From Aplysia californica (taxonomy: Eukaryota), in contig NW_004798385.1 of the NCBI RefSeq assembly GCF_000002075.1, positions 71,624-135,623 of the forward strand: 64,000 bases of DNA. Reading direction: 5' to 3'. This document shows positions 38,501-49,500 of this stretch, one piece after another. Position numbers and translations under genes: made by a program. The notes below the pieces were generated by a model that saw only the letters and a list, made by a program, of their open reading frames with translations, did no database searches and was not told the DNA's origin. The stretch's first letter is position 1. Every line of letters begins with the position of its first letter.

Positions 38501-41500
38501 AATGGGTGTACATAGAGAGAAATGACAAAGTAACAAAAACAAGTTGTGCGTGGGTTGTTTTTTTTCCAACTATAGATTCTGTCTTGATCTCAATAACGGA
38601 ATAGCGGATCAGGATCAAAATACTGGGGAAAAGCGGAAAAGTGGCATCCCTGCTATCGTTCTTTTTCTTGAATTTTAGTCCCACGGAGGTTGGCGAGACA
38701 TCCATTTAGGTGCACGAGCAATAACAATAATAATTGCATACACAATGCACAACCATGCTCTACAGCACGCTCGTTTCTATGCTAGTTAACAAGCAATACT
38801 GACCTTTTTTAAAAATTTAAAACTTTAGCGTTACTTTCTTGTTACCTGAAAATGCGGAAGAGTTGATCAATTTCTGAATCCCCGTGGAAGAGAGGTCTTT
38901 TGTTGACCATTTCAGCGAAAATACACCCGATGCTCCAGATGTCGGTGGCGATGGAGTACCGTTGTGAGCCCAGCAAGATCTCTGGTGCCCTGTACCACAG
39001 AGTCACAACCTGAGGCACAGACATTCATATAATTTGTTATCAACCACGAGGCGTCAGTTTTGAATCAAACAGAAGCGAATCAACACAATTTAAACAGCCA
39101 TTTAGAACAGGGAAAAGTAGTCTTTCTAGTAGAGGTTTTACGGCGCTCGCAACTGCATAAGGTCATATGAGTGCCAGAAGATTAGAGGTGTTTCAAGAGA
39201 GTAATAAACATAAAAAAGAAGAAGGGGGAGATAAAGACGATAGATGTTTGATGGGAAAGAAGAAGCAAACCACACCAGAGCATCCGCCAACCACCCACTG
39301 AAAAGTAGTCTAATGACAGAAACAAAAGAAATAGTAAAGAAGTAGGGCTTTCAAGTGTTACGCTCCAACCACTCACCCTGAGATGGGATATATACAGACA
39401 ACATACAACACATCAAATTTCCTTCACATACATGTATGAAACAGGAAGACAAAAGATCAAATGGGAAGCTCAAACGATTTTGAACGGTTTACTATTATCA
39501 AACACCCCCACCCAACAAAAACAACACCAAGCCCCAATCAATTTCAAAACCAACCCAATATTCTACATTTCAAATTTCTAGTCCCATCAATTTACTTTTT
39601 TTTAAAAGCCAAATTATTAAGATGAGAACGTATGTATGCCCGACTTGAGTCCTAAGAAGTGATATGCTACATGTTAAAGAAAAGCATCAAATAGAAAGCC
39701 AAAGTACCCTAATCAGAGCTACTTTCTTTTTACTCAAAATGTATGCTGTATCTTTCAAACCTCGTGTGTGTAAACTCTGACAGGGACCCCAAAGGCTCTG
39801 GCCAGTCCAAAGTCTGCCAGTTTGATCACTCCTTTGTCGTCGATGAGCAAGTTCTGTGGCTTCAAGTCGCGGTGAAGGACACGCCTCATGTGGCAAAACA
39901 AAATGCCCGCTGTGATCTGATAAAGGTAGCTCTGCAACAAAAGTGTTTATTTTTATAAAGACTTAGAAGAAAACACACGATGATGCACAAACATGGTAAG
40001 TGAACAATTTTTTAAAAATTGCAAACATATTTTGAACAAACAACGCCGCTAGACAAGATAACAGAATTAACGCTGCTCACTTTCCCCACAATTTTTAGCC
40101 TTGCACTTAGTGCGACTCATCAGCCCTAGGCAGCTTTACAGCTCCTGGTCAAATAATGTAACTTCATGCTAATTTTACATGCCAAACCACTAACCATTCA
40201 GACTGAAAGCTCATTGTTTTTTAAGGTTTATTTAATTCGCGTGGTGGGTGCCCAGTCTAATGTATTTTTAATTCTATGCATTTTAATTTTTCTTTAAATA
40301 CCCCCCCCCCCCCGATCTTTTCAAAGCCTGCATCAAACTGACGATCAATCAATGTTTGTGTCTTTTCATGTATGACACATCTGAGTTCTGTAAGATTTAA
40401 GATGTCTAGCAATAGAGCCAATAAAACATGAAGGGAATTAGGTTGATATGGGGGGGGGTTGGTGAGTGTGTGTGTGTACTTCATTAGGTTATGAAATATA
40501 TGTCAAGTCTATCATCCATGCACTGAAGAATGATATGAACAAATATTATAAAACAAAAGTAATAAGAGGAACTAAATCGAGATACATCTCTCATTTGTTT
40601 AACAGTCACAGACATTTAAAACTGACAGCTATAATAGCTTTTAAAAAGTAATAGGCCTTTTCAAGTGGTAGGAGAACCCCCCCCCCAAAAAAAAAACCCA
40701 CAAACAATCCCAACATACCTTAGTGCCAAAGATTAGAGGTGTATTTAAGAGTAACATACAACAAGAAGATAAGGGTAACAGAAGTTTGGTACCTAAAAGA
40801 AAGAAGAAGGAAGAAGGAAACCACAACAGAGCACCTGCCGAGCACCTGCCAAGCACCCAAAAGCTACCTTCACAAGCTGTGAGTCCAAGAGTCTGTCCTT
40901 GGGCAGACTGTCCATGTATTTCTTGAGGTCCATGGAGAGAAACTCAAACACCAGGTACAGCTTACCCTCCTGCATCAACACATCCTCCAGCCTAAGCACA
41001 AGAAAAAACAAACCCTTGAGATCATAAGTAAGGCAATTGTATTGTTAACATTTGAAATTCAAAAATTGCAAAAATTTACATACAAACAGGTAGGCTACTC
41101 AATTTGATTATGCGTAAATTTTTCGGCAAATCTATCTCTTATTTTTATCCATATTTCTGTATTCAAGATACAATTGTAAAATTGTCACATAAGCCATAAA
41201 AAATCATTTCAACTTCAGTCAGGAATAAATTGTTTCCTTGATTTGCCCTTTCCCCCCCGATTATGTTGGAAGTAAAATCAAGGAAATAAAAATAAAAGCA
41301 TTTCTAACTTTAAAGAAAACAAATGAGCAGTGTAAGTTTTTTAAATAAAAAACCATTCAATGTCCCCATCTTAAAAAAAAAATGATATTAAAAAAAATAT
41401 TCTTTTTTGTTACTCACAACGTGACAACTGATTTGATTTAATTTTTTTTGCATGGTATTGTATACTTATCGGTTTCATGAAAATATTAAGAATCGTTTTA

Positions 41501-42158
41501 GATGTCTTTACTGAAACCAAAATAGCTCTAAATCTAAAACAATACCATGGGAGTAAAAAAATCAACATAAACTGAGCTCAAGTCAACCAATAAAAGAATA
41601 AAGCTCTCGAAACACTGTTTATGAATATATACATCCAGAAAAGTAAAACATTTCTTACTAAATCAAACTTGGAGCACTTTGCACATCATTCACTACAATT
41701 GTCCATTTGATATATTTTTTTTAAAACGTGGCAGCAACTCACATCACAATGTTTGGGTGCTCCAGCTCTTTCAACAGTGAAATCTCTCTGATGGCCGTAG
41801 AAGGGACTCCTTCCTCTTCATTTTCCAAACGAATTTTCTTCAAAGCCACCAAACGATTTGATTTTTTGTGACGGCCCTTGTACACCACACCATAGGTACC
41901 TAGACATCAAGATAAACGATTTTTTTCTATTGTGAAATCGAAAGAAATAAAACATAAAACATTTCTACAATTTGTTCATACAAGGTGCTTGTGTGTGTCA
42001 AGTGTGTGTGTTCAATTGAAATTCAAAATGAGAATGAAACATGTTTGTAATTCCAACTCTGAATTTGCTCAAAATTCCACAGTAAACCCTTTCAGACTCT
42101 GTCTAAAAAGTTTCAACTTACCTTCACCAATCTTTTCGATTTTTGAGTACTCATCCAT
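35542..42158 (-). CDS. CDK1: Cyclin-dependent kinase 1, 306 aa
   Basis: Exons 42158-42122, 41899-41743, 40991-40868, 39931-39761, 39009-38846, 37880-37736, 35664-35542 (921 nt). [21 protein letters not shown] (T14/Y15), [90 protein letters not shown] and LFHGDSE indicate CDK1 rather than CDK2. Confidence 0.96.
35939..37222. mobile_element. 1.28-kb non-autonomous DNA transposon with a 6-bp TSD
   Basis: Perfect 13-bp TIR CATACCTGCCAAC...GTTGGCAGGTATG flanked by CAAAAT on both sides; splits a minisatellite. Confidence 0.8.
37223..37430. repeat. ~33-bp minisatellite in the last CDK1 intron
   Basis: CAAAATAACTTCCAACTCAACATAGATACATG, about 6 copies; one more unit lies at ~35890-35938 on the other side of a transposon. 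Confidence 0.75.
38374..38652. mobile_element. hAT-like MITE
   Basis: TIR CAGGGATGCCACT...AGTGGCATCCCTG; flanks CTATCT/CTATCG. Confidence 0.75.
39126..39296 (-). mobile_element. ~180-bp headless retroposon copy in a CDK1 intron
   Basis: Near-consensus copy. Confidence 0.85.
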
Positions 42159-42841
42159 AATTGGGCCTCCAACTGCTTGGTCTTGAAAGTAATCTGAAAT
42201 ATAAAGATTAGAAAGCAAAAAAATCACACTTGCCATGGTGAGCAATGACAACCAGAATAAGTATATATATATCTGTAGATCTATATGTCTAGATCTAATA
42301 AAAAGAAGAAAGCCAAGGTTTGTCTGAGTTAAGGCTAATAAAAACATGAGTCATCTCAAAGAGAAATGACAAGTCAGTGATTTTATCATTATTTTTTTTT
42401 AGTGGGTGGGATGGGAGGATGAATTTAGATTTGAACCTCAAAATCATTTGAATTTTGGCTCAAAATCTATCTAGAAATCTAGGCCTACGGTTTCAATGGA
42501 TGGGCCTGCCCCACTGGGGTAAAAGAAAATCTCGGGGGGGGGGGGGGGGGGGGGGGGGCGCCCCCGTTTTATCCCATAATTTGATATTTTACAGTTAGAT
42601 TTGAAATTTTTTTGAAAATAATTGATTTGCGACAGTTATAGTGGCATTATGTGTGATTAGCAGCAAACAGTAGATCTACTGCAGTTTGACCCCCGAAGCA
42701 GTGCATCTTTTATTCCCTTTCGAACCCCAGGTCATTCATTACAATAGCGTCTGGAAAGGTTATTCGAATGGGCGTAACTACTCGCAATGTCTTAAATCAG
42801 CTTATATAAATGAGTGGGGGTTATTCATATGTTTGTAACAC

Positions 42842-43436
42842 TTTATAAATGGGAGTGTATACAGACCCGGTAACCGGGAACAAAATCACAAAGTATACAG
42901 ACCCGGTAGGGGAACTCTTTTGTGATTTCGGAAAGTTTCAGCGCCCTCTTGGCTCAGAGACCTAGGTTCTTCTAGATCTATGGCCTAGGTCTAGATCTAG
43001 ACAGACAGACAAATCATTGATCTAATTTCGAGGCTAGCCTAGATCTAGATCTAAATGAAGATTGCGGATCTTTTCGATGAACGATCGTTTTTCCTCCGTT
43101 TCGGAGTTGGAGGAATCACAATTTGAAGAAAAGAACAATGCATAATTTCAATCGAGCAGTGACCCTCTCTATTTCTCTGCCTCTCTCTCTCGCTCCTCTG
43201 TGCATCGCTCGCCTTCTTTTTCTTTGTTTGTCTGTCTTTCTCTCTCCCCATCTATTTCCCACTCTGTCAACTGGGGCATGTCATATTTTGTAAGCACCTC
43301 TCTCTCTCTCACACAAACACACTACCGGGTCTGGGCGCTGAAACTTCCTGAAATCACAAAAGAGTTCCCTTACCGGGTCTGTATACTTCGTGACTTTGTT
43401 CCCGGTTACCGAGTCTGTATACACTTCGTTTATAAA
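42842..43436. mobile_element. Foldback element with ~105-bp terminal inverted repeats
   Basis: 42842-42946 is the reverse complement of 43333-43436 with few mismatches; the arms contain a repeated GTATACAGACCCGGTA motif. Confidence 0.85.
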
Positions 43437-44677
43437 AATAGAAAGCATGAAAGATAGAGCGTCATTTTATAGATTAAAACACTCCCACGGTATTCATGGG
43501 GAAAACACACGTTTCCAGGCGCACACACTCTGTACACCAACAGTACACACTGAGTGACCCTCGGCGGCCTGCCCGGAACGTCCCACTGTGGTGTAAACAT
43601 ATATCTTAAGAATAGAAGGACATGTAGTGTGAACACACCTTAATAATAATTATTGTGACGTAGGCCTAAGGGACGTATAATCACGTGACTGTGATTTCAT
43701 GCAAGCGGCGGGAAATCTGAAGGTCACTCTCTCACTGAAGCCGAAGCGAGTAACATCAACTAACGAAGAACTAGATTCTAGCAGACGACTGGCAGGTGGG
43801 GCCCCACCAACATCAACTAATCTAGATCTACTACTCCAAGACTCAAATAAGTTGTAACATATAACACCCACGTAATCGGTTGCTGATAGATTCGCATCTC
43901 AGCACAGACACAGGACAAGAGTTAATTCCATTCAAATCACACACCACACACACACCCAAAAACAAAATCACAGGATAGAGGCAAAGGAGTGTGAGATAGG
44001 TCAAACAATAGGCTTACTGCAAATTTACAGCAGAAATTCTTCATTCACTCAGTGAGTCAATGCTCACTTTTCGTAAAGTTAAAGCAGACACTTCTACTTC
44101 ATCCTTCACTTCAAGTTCAAAGACAAAGTAGAATCTAGATCTTTAGAGACTCTAGATCTAGACGTCTAGCCTAAAAGTAAGACTGACGACAGTGATTTTA
44201 GTGATGTCCTCTTTCTTTCTTTGTCAGCCTTGTCACGCATTGTGTCTCCCTATTCCCAATCGCAGTCTCAGCATGGCCATCTGTCGCCGTTTGCCCACTT
44301 TTTTTTCTTAATCAGTTCATAGCCTACAGATTTCGAAAACTAAAAAGCTAAGATTCTAGACCTAGAATCTAGATCTTCCCCAAGCAATTCTCTCTTGACT
44401 AAAGTAGAACATCAACCAGTACCAGTAGGGCTACCGTCAGTCGTCAGGCTGTGCCGTATCTATTCTATTCTCACTGGAAAATCAACATTCAACATGGCAC
44501 TCGTGTAAGTGGTTAGCAGACTTATATATTCAAAGAAAATTACGAAAAATAGAACCTTGTGAACTGCAAGACCTGTTCGCTTTCAATGAGACGTGTGAGC
44601 TGTAACAAAATTTGTCTTCAAACCTAGATTCTAGTCTTTTTAGACAGAATCACCGTAGAAATTGTGTTTTCACTTAC

Positions 44678-44800
44678 CGTGTTCAGAGAATCGTTCTGAA
44701 TTCAAGTGAGAGAGAGCGGCTTGTTCGAACTGGCCAATCGGAGGTTCTTCCTCGTTGTTAGTAGTAAACATTCTCAAGGTGGCGTTCGCGTCGAAAAAAA
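44678..44800 (-). promoter_or_regulatory. Putative CDK1 non-coding first exon and cell-cycle promoter (CCAAT plus CHR-like motifs)
   Basis: Consensus donor CG|GTAAGT at 44678/44677. Adjacent CTTGAA on - strand (44701-44706), TTCGAA at 44724-44729, CCAAT at 44734-44738, locally CpG-rich. The ATG-containing exon has an acceptor at 42194-42195. Confidence 0.5.
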
Positions 44801-45299
44801 ATTAACTCTTTAGGCCTAGATCTATTACATGCCGATCCTCAAAAATTAAAAATGGGCCGAGATCGAGTGTCAAACGTAACATGAAACTGAAATTTAAAAA
44901 AACAAACAAACTAGATCTAGATCTAGAATCTATATCACTTCAAAGAATTCCAACAATTGTCTGATTTGTTGTGTTTTCAGTCGCCTGATATGTTTGAACA
45001 ATGTAGAGGTGAAAAAGTTTGTTAAGATTAAGATCGTGTGTGTGTGTGGGGGGGGGGGGGGGGGGGGGGGGGGTAAATTAGAGAAAAACACGAAATTTAG
45101 ACTACTTCATGTATATTATATTATATATATACTATAAAAATATTGTCATTTGGCTGATAAACATAGTCAAAGTTTTTGTCGGTGACTTATCAGAAGGACG
45201 AATGGCAGTAGCGGTTTCTCATCATCTTCATCATTGTAAAAATTAAAGGCAGATGAAGATTATATTATAATATGGTCTTGAGTAATTTTACTTGAGTAC

Positions 45300-45875
45300 A
45301 GTCCCCCAACAGTTTAAGAGCACTGTCTATCACGTTCTGTCCTCGGTATCCATGACGCACCTTACGTATAGGCCTATAATATCCATCTCGAATATTTAAT
45401 GCGTCGCCGTCCTTCAAGTAGGCCTACTTAAGGCTTGCCTATCTTTTTCTTTCCAAATGGATTCCATCTCAAGGCTTGGTATAATGATTTTTAAAAGTTT
45501 TTTCAAGTGTGCCCGACCACTTTCATTTTTTTCTGATTTCTATTCTATCTGTTTTCTGTTGCTTTGTTTGCTAAAAATTAACCTTCGTTTCTCTCATAGT
45601 TGTTCATTTGTTACTGTGTCAGTGCCTTGGATTTTTCTGTTGATCATCGATATCTGCAGCTGTTTAGAAATTTACTTTGTATGTGTCTATATCATGTTTC
45701 TGATCTGCTGATACATTTTTGTATGCTGTTTTTAAAAATATTCATCATGGTTCTTAACTATAATTATCAGGTTCTTCAAAGAAAGAGAGGTTTCCGATTG
45801 TTTCTTAGTTGTGTGAAAGCACTTCTTGCCTTTCCTATTCCTGTCTTGACATTTGCGTCTGTTCCTCCAAGATCT
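45300..45875 (-). mobile_element. Decayed RTE-clade LINE reverse transcriptase C-terminal remnant
   Basis: Minus-strand translation gives GGTDANVKTGIGKARSAFTQL, DTVTNEQL and ALRWNPFGKKKIGKP with stops and frameshifts; these are typical RTE ORF C-terminal motifs. Confidence 0.75.
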
Positions 45876-45945
45876 GAAATTAAAGAAACAATTTAAAAAA
45901 TCATGCCAGTTCCCTTTACTGCTGGTGTAACTCGATCATTTCATT

Positions 45946-46130
45946 TCAATCCTACAAGGAACAGTACAAGGAAAGAGAAAGAGAAGAAGGCAGAGAAGGA
46001 GATGGAAAGACAACATTACAGAGTGGACAGGAAAGACGATGGATGACAATCTGAGGAAAGCAGAGGACAGCGAGAAATGGCGAGAGCTGGTTGTCAAATG
46101 CAGTGGTGCCCCCACGGTTGCCCCGATAGA
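45946..46130 (+). mobile_element. RTE-clade LINE 3' fragment
   Basis: Translates as ILQGTVQGKRKRRRQRRRWKDNITEWTG..AEDSEKWRELV, the characteristic RTE ORF end. Confidence 0.85.
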
Positions 46131-46527
46131 AGTTGATCCTTAATGTCTTGGTTCCATCTGGACGTACTTTAAGGTCTATCGTCTGCAAGATATTTATATG
46201 ATCTTTTGTTGTTGTGTTTTCTTTTCCGTCATCTACATGTATTTGCGCGTTGTGTAATATGAAGTTCATATGCTAGCCTAGCCCATTGCGCGTGATTTGT
46301 ACCGCGGTCATTCAGGTGACTATCTATGGATATAAGGGGTTAACAGTGGCTTTTAATATCGAGAAGAAATAATTATATGAGTATCATAGATGCTATTGGA
46401 GCTATACTGAAAAATCTCAATACATTTTTTGTACTTATTGAAGTGACAAAAAGAATTATTTATCAAATTGCATTGACAGACTAGGACCGCAGTCCATTCA
46501 GTACTGCATTATAATAGCAATTTTCTT

Positions 46528-46539
46528 CAACATGGCGGA
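46528..46539 (+). promoter_or_regulatory. TISU/YY1-like element at the POLDIP3 start codon
   Basis: CAACATGGCGGA matches the TISU consensus SAASATGGCGGC at 11 of 12 positions. Confidence 0.5.
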
Positions 46540-49500
46540 TATATCTCTTGACGATTTCATAAAGACTAAAAATGTGAAAGTGCGATTAAAGTAAGTTGTC
46601 AATTTGATTTCCTCCCCCCAGTGAACACATGCTGAGTTATTTAGATGTTATTATTACAAGTTGATTTCAATTGACTTGTCATAGAATCTGGACTTTTATT
46701 GTTTTCTTTGTCACTGCGTCGCGTCTTTCCATTTCAGCGAAGTTTCGGTTTCTCCCTTACAGTACAGTCAGTGCCTTACTGAAGTGACAAAAAGAATTAT
46801 TTCTCTAATTGCATTGACAGACTAGGACCGCTGTTCATTCAGTACTGCAATATAATAGCAAGTTTGGTAAATTTTTACTTTCGCTTCCGCACACAGATGC
46901 ACTGCTTCAGGGTCAAAAACTGCAGTACTGTTTGCTGCAGATCACAAATAAAGTATTATAAAGTTATAAAGCCACTAAAACTGTCGCAAATCAATTATTT
47001 TCAAGAAAATTTCAAATCTAACGGTAACATATCCCAATATGGGTTAAAACAGGGGGGCAAACTGGTACATTTTTACTTTCACTCCCGCCCACAGAGATGC
47101 ACTGCCTTGCTTGGGGTTGGGGATCCAACTGATCACTGTCACTGTGCTGAGCTGAACCACTAAAACATGAGCCGCGACAAGTGACGAGCAGATAGCTAGA
47201 GCCATTGGCCTATATTGTTTGATGTCATTGAGGGATTCCCACTTTGTCAGTCATGTCATGGTGGCAACACGACCGCACGATGGCAGTCTGCCGACTCGGA
47301 TTATTTTCAATTTTCTTCGAAGTGGCTAGCTGTACTTACCTAGGTTTGGCCCTATCGACTCAAACCTGTTAAGTACACAGGTCTCATTAGATCTAGATCT
47401 AGTAATTATTCAGGTTCAAATACATGCAAGTCAGTAAGGCACCTTTTGGTTTTGTCTGAAATACATTACAAATACTTACTTTAGGCATTGCAAACTAAAA
47501 ATTTCATCTACAATTCAGCCGTCAATATTAAGTACGGCTAGCCTAACAGTCTAGCCGTCCTTAAGTACGGCTAGCCTGGCTGCTACCCGTATTTAAGTGC
47601 GGCTAGACTGACAGTCTAGCGGTACTTAATCTTAGGCCCTATTAACATTAGAAAACAGGAGGTTTAAAATACATGCACTAGGGCACCTGGTTTTGTCTCA
47701 AATACAAATACTTTAGAGGTACTGCAAACTAAAATTTTATATATTTACAATTCAGTAGGCCTATTTTCTTTTTATTGTCAGTCTAGCCGTCATCTAGAAT
47801 AAGTACGGCTAGCCAAGCTGTCTAGCCGTACTTAAGTACGGCTAGACTGCCAGTCTAGCCGTCATTAAGTACGGCTTGCCTCTTCCATTTGCTTTGCTTT
47901 GCAACTTGCAGAACTGTTTGATTCGGTTGTCTGTGATTGTGCAGCGGCCTTCTTCCCGCCCAGATTGATTCTGATGCTGTACACTACATAAACTGAGAAG
48001 AAGAAGACTAAAAGTAGGCCTACGTACGAAAGCAAGTTACAGTTTAAACAAAGTTCAACGATGCAGTGTAAATGATCGGCCATTTTGATCCGGATCGTTT
48101 CTTTTTTAAGGGAAACTGCCAGTGCAAGCCGCACGCTACGCAAAATCATCACGATCAGATGACGCAACGGGCATCCCCCTTGTGAGGTGAAACAAGACGG
48201 CTGTAGTGTTACTATAGGTCTAGATATATCGGCCAATAGCGTTTAGTTGTCGTTTTCTAGCTGTCCGCTCGTCACTAAAACTTTTAAACTGTCACAAATT
48301 AAATTTTTTTGAAGAAAATTTCAAACCTGACTGCAAAACATCAAATTAGGGTCAAAATAGTAATAGGGGGGAATGTTCCCCCCTGCAAACCCCCCCCCCC
48401 CTTCATTGTGCTTTGGACTTGCCTGTACACCAGTATCAACGGGATACATGTTCGGGCTTTTTTTTCTGTCCATCATTCCTCGGGGGGTTTTACTCACATT
48501 TTTACAGCGGAAAATTAAAAACAAATAAAAGATTGATTGTAGATGTAGTCAAGGGATATCTTTGGTGTAGTTTAGGGGGCCGAGTGATCCCAGCGTTGAC
48601 CACTAACTCTAGGGAAAGACATGGAAGATAAAGCTCAGTCGGAAGTGACGTCATGCTGGACTCGATTCAGAGTCTGAATATAGATAATTTTTGTTTTTAA
48701 TCAAACTTAAGTCTGCATAGTCACTTCAACTCTGCTTATTGCATATAAATTAGCCTAATCACACTGTGTGTAATTTGTAATTAAATAAGTCTGTTATAGT
48801 CATAGATTACACTAACTTCACTACTACTACAATACTAAACTACACTTTTAGTTTTAGTAGAGGTTTTACAGGGCTCGCAACTGTATATATGAGCAAAAAA
48901 CTTGACTTCACTGCACTCACTATACACAGTCCACAGATATATATTGGAAGGTAATTGTTGATGTTGGGAATTGGGGCCGTTGTGACTCATCTTGGTTTTT
49001 GGCCTTTTTAAATGTCAGTGAATTGTTTTAGCCTCATTGGTTGAAATTGAGCTTGATTGAAACGTAATACAGTCTAATGTTGTCTGCTCTAACAGCACCT
49101 GTACAAGACAACTACCTGTACTAATGATCATTTGTTATTTCCCCCTTTTGGTTTTTAGAAAAAAGTATAAAGACACTAAGATGTCCACTTGTTTAAGACA
49201 GCTACTTTTCTTTTTGACAATGGATGGCTGTCTTTAGACAATTTCGGAATTTCAACTGTATTTGTCCACTTTGGTTTTGACTGTCCCTCCTTGTTTTCTC
49301 CCAGTAATCCTCAAGCTGGACAGAGACGGAAACCCCAACAGAGAACCAGTGCTGGCGTCGGCCAGAATGTTCCTCCTCAGAAACTACAAATAAGGAAGAC
49401 ATTTGATGCGAGGTCAAAGTTGGGCCCGAAGGCCGTGGTTGATGCCAGAGACAAAATAGTTGTCATAAAGAAAGGTGGTGGTGGAGATGCACGGAACAAA

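Noticed and set aside
40085-40150. Hammerhead-like CUGAUGAGUCGCAC-UAA-GUGC on the minus strand
   Set aside because: The required GAAA after stem II and convincing stems I and III are absent. Other CTGATGA hits (16432, 37559-, 63795) fail likewise.
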